In this document: piece after piece, positions 60,618-64,000 of the stretch
How the letters are laid out: each line of letters begins with the position of its first letter
How positions within the stretch are numbered: the first letter of the stretch is position 1
Assembly (NCBI GenBank): GCA_963845145.1
Contig: CAWJQU010000005.1
Location: forward strand, 224,001 to 288,000
Source: an uncultured delta proteobacterium
GTDB taxonomy: Bacteria; Desulfobacterota; Desulfobacteria; Desulfobacterales; QNYZ01
Direction: 5' to 3'
Length of the DNA stretch: 64,000 nt
Program-made: the position numbers and the translations under genes
Notes under the pieces: model-generated
Database searches by the model: none
Told to the model about the DNA's origin: nothing
What the model saw: the letters and a program-made list of their open reading frames with translations, nothing else

Positions 60618-61661
60618 TTAAAATGAATACGAGAGGGTGAAAGCACCAAATATTTGCGGGTCATCCTGGGTTTCAAACTGCTTGGTTCGATAGACATAAG
60701 CATAGCTGGCCTTAACCCGCCCATAAACGATACCGATACCGCCCATCAGATCCGCGACAAAGTTCTTTTTATCCACACGATGACTATCGTGGAAGGTGTT
60801 ACCGTCAAGAAAAATGTCCCTGAACACCAGGCGTCCATCCGTTGCAAGAAAAAAGTGGAGGCCCCTTTTTGTTTGATAGAAAAAAGCCCCATCCATTCGA
60901 TCGTTTGCAGCGCTATCTGTTTCACAACCGGGGCGGATCGGGCAGGTACCGAAGTTCGGTGCCAGGTTCCATCCGATTCTAAATTCCGCGCCGCCATTCG
61001 TATAGAACTGCACATTACCCAGCCGTGCACCAACATGCGAAATTAAATCGTATCCAAACCGCCCCTCGCTTCGCGCCTCCAGTAATCGCCATTGGGTTTC
61101 GTAGATGGCCTCAAGAGACAGTTCATCTTCCAACTGGTGGTCCCATCCCTGAGCCCGCGGACTGCCGATCAGATTGTGAATGCGGTTTTGAGTCTGTTCG
61201 GCATAAGAATTGGGGCCGACCATACCGATATCAAATTCCCAACTGTCCTTGCGACGCTCTTTTTTACTATGAAACCCGAAGGCCAGGTAAAGGATACCGG
61301 CATAGGGGCGATCGTCCTCGATCAAATTCGGTTCTTCGATATCTTCGGGGGTGTATATATTCTGGCCCACCGAAAGCGATACCGACCGCTGCCGGGAGGT
61401 ATCTTTCACGTAGGGTAGGCGGTTCATGATGGGATAACTCCACCTGGGCAGGCGCGTTTGGGTCTCATCGAATTGATACGGCGTGCTCCAGGTCAGCTTG
61501 ATCCCATTCGTATAGTCGCGATCGGTATTGGCCAGAGCATCATTTTCCCAATAGATGGTGATCGTATTAAATCGGGGATCATCGATCCGTTGAGCGGGAG
61601 TCTCCTGCCCCATAAAAACGATGACGAGCATCACGGGTAAAAATAGTCTTGTTTTTATCAT
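60618..61661 (-). CDS. LpxR-family (DUF2219) outer-membrane protein
   Basis: WEND..TDRDYTNG, GQNIYTP, DRPYAG, C-terminal F. Confidence 0.85.
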   Translation of the reverse strand: MIKTRLFLPVMLVIVFMGQETPAQRIDDPRFNTITIYWENDALANTDRDYTNGIKLTWSTPYQFDETQTRLPRWSYPIMNRLPYVKDTSRQRSVSLSVGQNIYTPEDIEEPNLIEDDRPYAGILYLAFGFHSKKERRKDSWEFDIGMVGPNSYAEQTQNRIHNLIGSPRAQGWDHQLEDELSLEAIYETQWRLLEARSEGRFGYDLISHVGARLGNVQFYTNGGAEFRIGWNLAPNFGTCPIRPGCETDSAANDRMDGAFFYQTKRGLHFFLATDGRLVFRDIFLDGNTFHDSHRVDKKNFVADLMGGIGIVYGRVKASYAYVYRTKQFETQDDPQIFGAFTLSYSF

Positions 61662-61866
61662 CACCACAAATTGCTCGCCCGTGAAGTTCACATTTACTAA
61701 GAACACCTTGGCGTTAATATTTAGCATAAAGGGCCCACTCAAGACAATCTTTGACGAGGGGCTACACAGCAACGCCGGATTGACGATCAAATTATGAGTA
61801 TGATAGGTGTATTTCGAGTTAGAATCCTGATTTCGGCACGTATGCCAGCGATAAGCAAAGAACCCT

Positions 61867-62844
61867 ATGAACCCCAGCACAGATAAAGTCACGCATCTGT
61901 CCGAAGCCATTTCCCGGCTCATCCCGGATGGTGCCCACATTTCTATCGGTGGTTTTACCATAAACCGAAATCCCATGGCGGCCGTGTACGAGATGATTCG
62001 CCAAAATAAAAGAAATTTTCATCTCTACGCCCATTCCAATGGGCAAGGGGTCGATGAGCTGATCGGGGCCGGATGTATTGCCAAACTTGAAATCGCCTAT
62101 GCGGGCACCGGACGTTTTGCCCCCACCTGTATTCGATTTAAAAAGGCTGTTCAGGAAGGCCGGATCGTGGTGGAAGATTACTCCAACTACCAGATGACGC
62201 TGCGTTTCATGGCCGGATCCATGGGTGTGCCGTTTTTGCCGACACGGTCCGGCCTGGGCACAGACATTGTCGCTAAGTGGGGCTTTGGGCCATCCTTGCG
62301 AGAAGATGACCCCAGGATTCCGGATAAAAAACTCCACATAATGGATAACCCCTTCGGCAGCTGGGGAAAAGCACCCAAGCTGGTTCTGGTCCCGGCAATT
62401 TGCCCCGATGTGACGATTCTTCATGTTCAGAAGGCGGATCGACAGGGTAATATAAGGATAAAGGGGTTGCCGTTTGCCGACGTTGTTCAGGCCAAGGCTG
62501 CGCGGAAGGTGATTGTTACCTGCGAAGAACTGGTGGAATCTGACACATTGCGTAAAAATCCGGACCGAAACCAGATTCCTTCATTTTGCGTGGACGCCGT
62601 GGTCCACGTCCCGTGGGGCGCTTATCCGACGGCATGCTACCACTACTACGATTACGATCCAGTATATCTTAACGACTATGGTAAATATGCCCAAACAGAC
62701 GACGCCTACCAAAAGTACCTGGAGCGATTTGTTTTTCAACCGGCGGATCATCGGGCATTGATCGAGCTGATCGGTGCTGATCGAATCAATACCCTAAAGG
62801 CGGACCCCAACACCGGCTATGCAACGGGGCTGGATCGAAGATAA
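61867..62844 (+). CDS. gctA: CoA-transferase subunit A (glutaconate CoA-transferase-like)
   Basis: GGFTINRNPMA, GVPFLP, PWGAYPT. Confidence 0.8.
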   Translation: MNPSTDKVTHLSEAISRLIPDGAHISIGGFTINRNPMAAVYEMIRQNKRNFHLYAHSNGQGVDELIGAGCIAKLEIAYAGTGRFAPTCIRFKKAVQEGRIVVEDYSNYQMTLRFMAGSMGVPFLPTRSGLGTDIVAKWGFGPSLREDDPRIPDKKLHIMDNPFGSWGKAPKLVLVPAICPDVTILHVQKADRQGNIRIKGLPFADVVQAKAARKVIVTCEELVESDTLRKNPDRNQIPSFCVDAVVHVPWGAYPTACYHYYDYDPVYLNDYGKYAQTDDAYQKYLERFVFQPADHRALIELIGADRINTLKADPNTGYATGLDRR

Positions 62845-62849
62845 AGGTT

Positions 62850-63626
62850 ATGCCCAAAAATAGCGACTATACCTTAAAAGAGATGATGGCCATTGCCGCC
62901 GCCCGCGAAATACGGGACGGGGATATCGTTTTTTGCGGTACGGGTATTTCCATGCTGGCGGCCATGGCCGCCAAACATATCAGTGCACCCAACAGCATCA
63001 TTTTTTTTGAGACCGGGGCCATCGATTCACAGCTCGATGAGGTGCCCCTGGCGGTAGGCGATTCTCGGGTGATGCACGGCGCTGCGGTCAACGGCGATCT
63101 GGCCGAATCCTTCGCCACGATGCAAAACCGGTTTACCGGCAGACAAGTGGTGGGGATTCTAGGCGCCGCCCAAATCGATCCGTATGGCAATCTCAACTCC
63201 ACGGTCATTGGGGACTATTGGCACCCCAGTGTACGATTTTCAGGATCAGGCGGCGCCGCAGATGTCGGATCATTCGTGGCCCGAACCATCATTTTCATGC
63301 AGTTGCAAAAACGCAAATTTGTCCGCAAACTTGACTACCTGACCTGTCCCGGATGGCTGGATGGACCCGGTGGGCGTGAACGGGCCGGCCTGCCGAGTGG
63401 CGGCCCGGAAACAGTGGTGACCGATATGGCGCTCATGGGATTTCACGAAACCACCCGGAGAATGTATCTAAAGGGGTTTTATCCAGGCATTCATCCTGAT
63501 CAAATCCTAGACCGAATGGCATTTGATATTGACGTGTCCCATGCTGAAATGGTTCCGGCCCCTTCTCCCAAAGAGTTGGCGATTTTAAGAGATAAATGCG
63601 ACCCCCAGCGATTAATATTAGGGTGA
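62850..63626 (+). CDS. gctB: CoA-transferase subunit B
   Basis: FETG, AQIDPYGNLN, GSGGA. Confidence 0.8.
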   Translation: MPKNSDYTLKEMMAIAAAREIRDGDIVFCGTGISMLAAMAAKHISAPNSIIFFETGAIDSQLDEVPLAVGDSRVMHGAAVNGDLAESFATMQNRFTGRQVVGILGAAQIDPYGNLNSTVIGDYWHPSVRFSGSGGAADVGSFVARTIIFMQLQKRKFVRKLDYLTCPGWLDGPGGRERAGLPSGGPETVVTDMALMGFHETTRRMYLKGFYPGIHPDQILDRMAFDIDVSHAEMVPAPSPKELAILRDKCDPQRLILG

Positions 63627-64000
63627 GCATATTTGCCTTTCAAAATAAAAACCTGACCTGATCTTCTTGACCCAAAAGGCGCCATACTTTTCTAAACCCG
63701 AGGGGCTAAATGGTTGCGCGGACTGATTGCATCAAACGGGTCGCATCACCTGATCGCATCAACTGGGCCTTGGCTTGCAGTCAAGTTTTGCCAGCTCTAT
63801 TTTCTATAAAAAATCAGATTGCAGGGTTAAAATTGGCCATATTCGCAAAAATAAAGCTAGAAAATATTATTAATCGTTGTTGGGGCTCGAATTATTTTAT
63901 TGACACTATAATGTAGATTTCATACATTTTAAAGACTTGATTTTTTTTCTTAATGCAGATCAATCCTTAATTAAACCAGGCATAAAAGGGGGAAATATGC

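Noticed and set aside
21240..63916. Numerous antisense and overlapping ORFs in the track (e.g. 21240-21881, 57218-57931, 61819-62424)
   Set aside because: They are shadows of well-supported genes, without recognisable motifs.

Overview
The gene content (AOR, ACIII, glutaconate CoA-transferase) and repeat types suggest a chromosomal window from a Desulfobacterota-like deltaproteobacterium; this assignment is an inference. Positions 1-6.3 kb hold accessory and metabolic genes. Positions 6.3-21.1 kb form an AT-richer mosaic island between a 3' tRNA-Arg(TCG) fragment and an intact tRNA-Leu(CAA). The island is built from same-orientation copies of a HUH/Y1 (RAYT-type) transposase element with ~27-bp terminal inverted repeats (TIRs). 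These copies alternate with cargo: a Calx-beta/FN3 adhesin, a lipoprotein, a group II intron remnant, a zeta-toxin-like gene pair and a phage integrase/MarR remnant. IS630, IS1182 and IS110/IS1111 elements are also present. The most notable feature is the IS110/IS1111 element (6749-8466), which sits exactly inside a RAYT TIR. Its 3' non-coding region carries two tandem target-guide hairpins whose guides match that TIR, plus a donor-type guide. Positions 21.3-64 kb are mostly core genes: tsaC, purE, ddl, ugpBAECQ, OYE, dnaK, lpoB and leuCD. They also include an alternative complex III + cbb3-type oxidase + maturation + quinone-modification cluster, a primase-dead Twinkle-like helicase, LpxR and gctAB. 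Several single-base frameshifts look like assembly errors. All calls come from reading motifs by eye; no searches were run.
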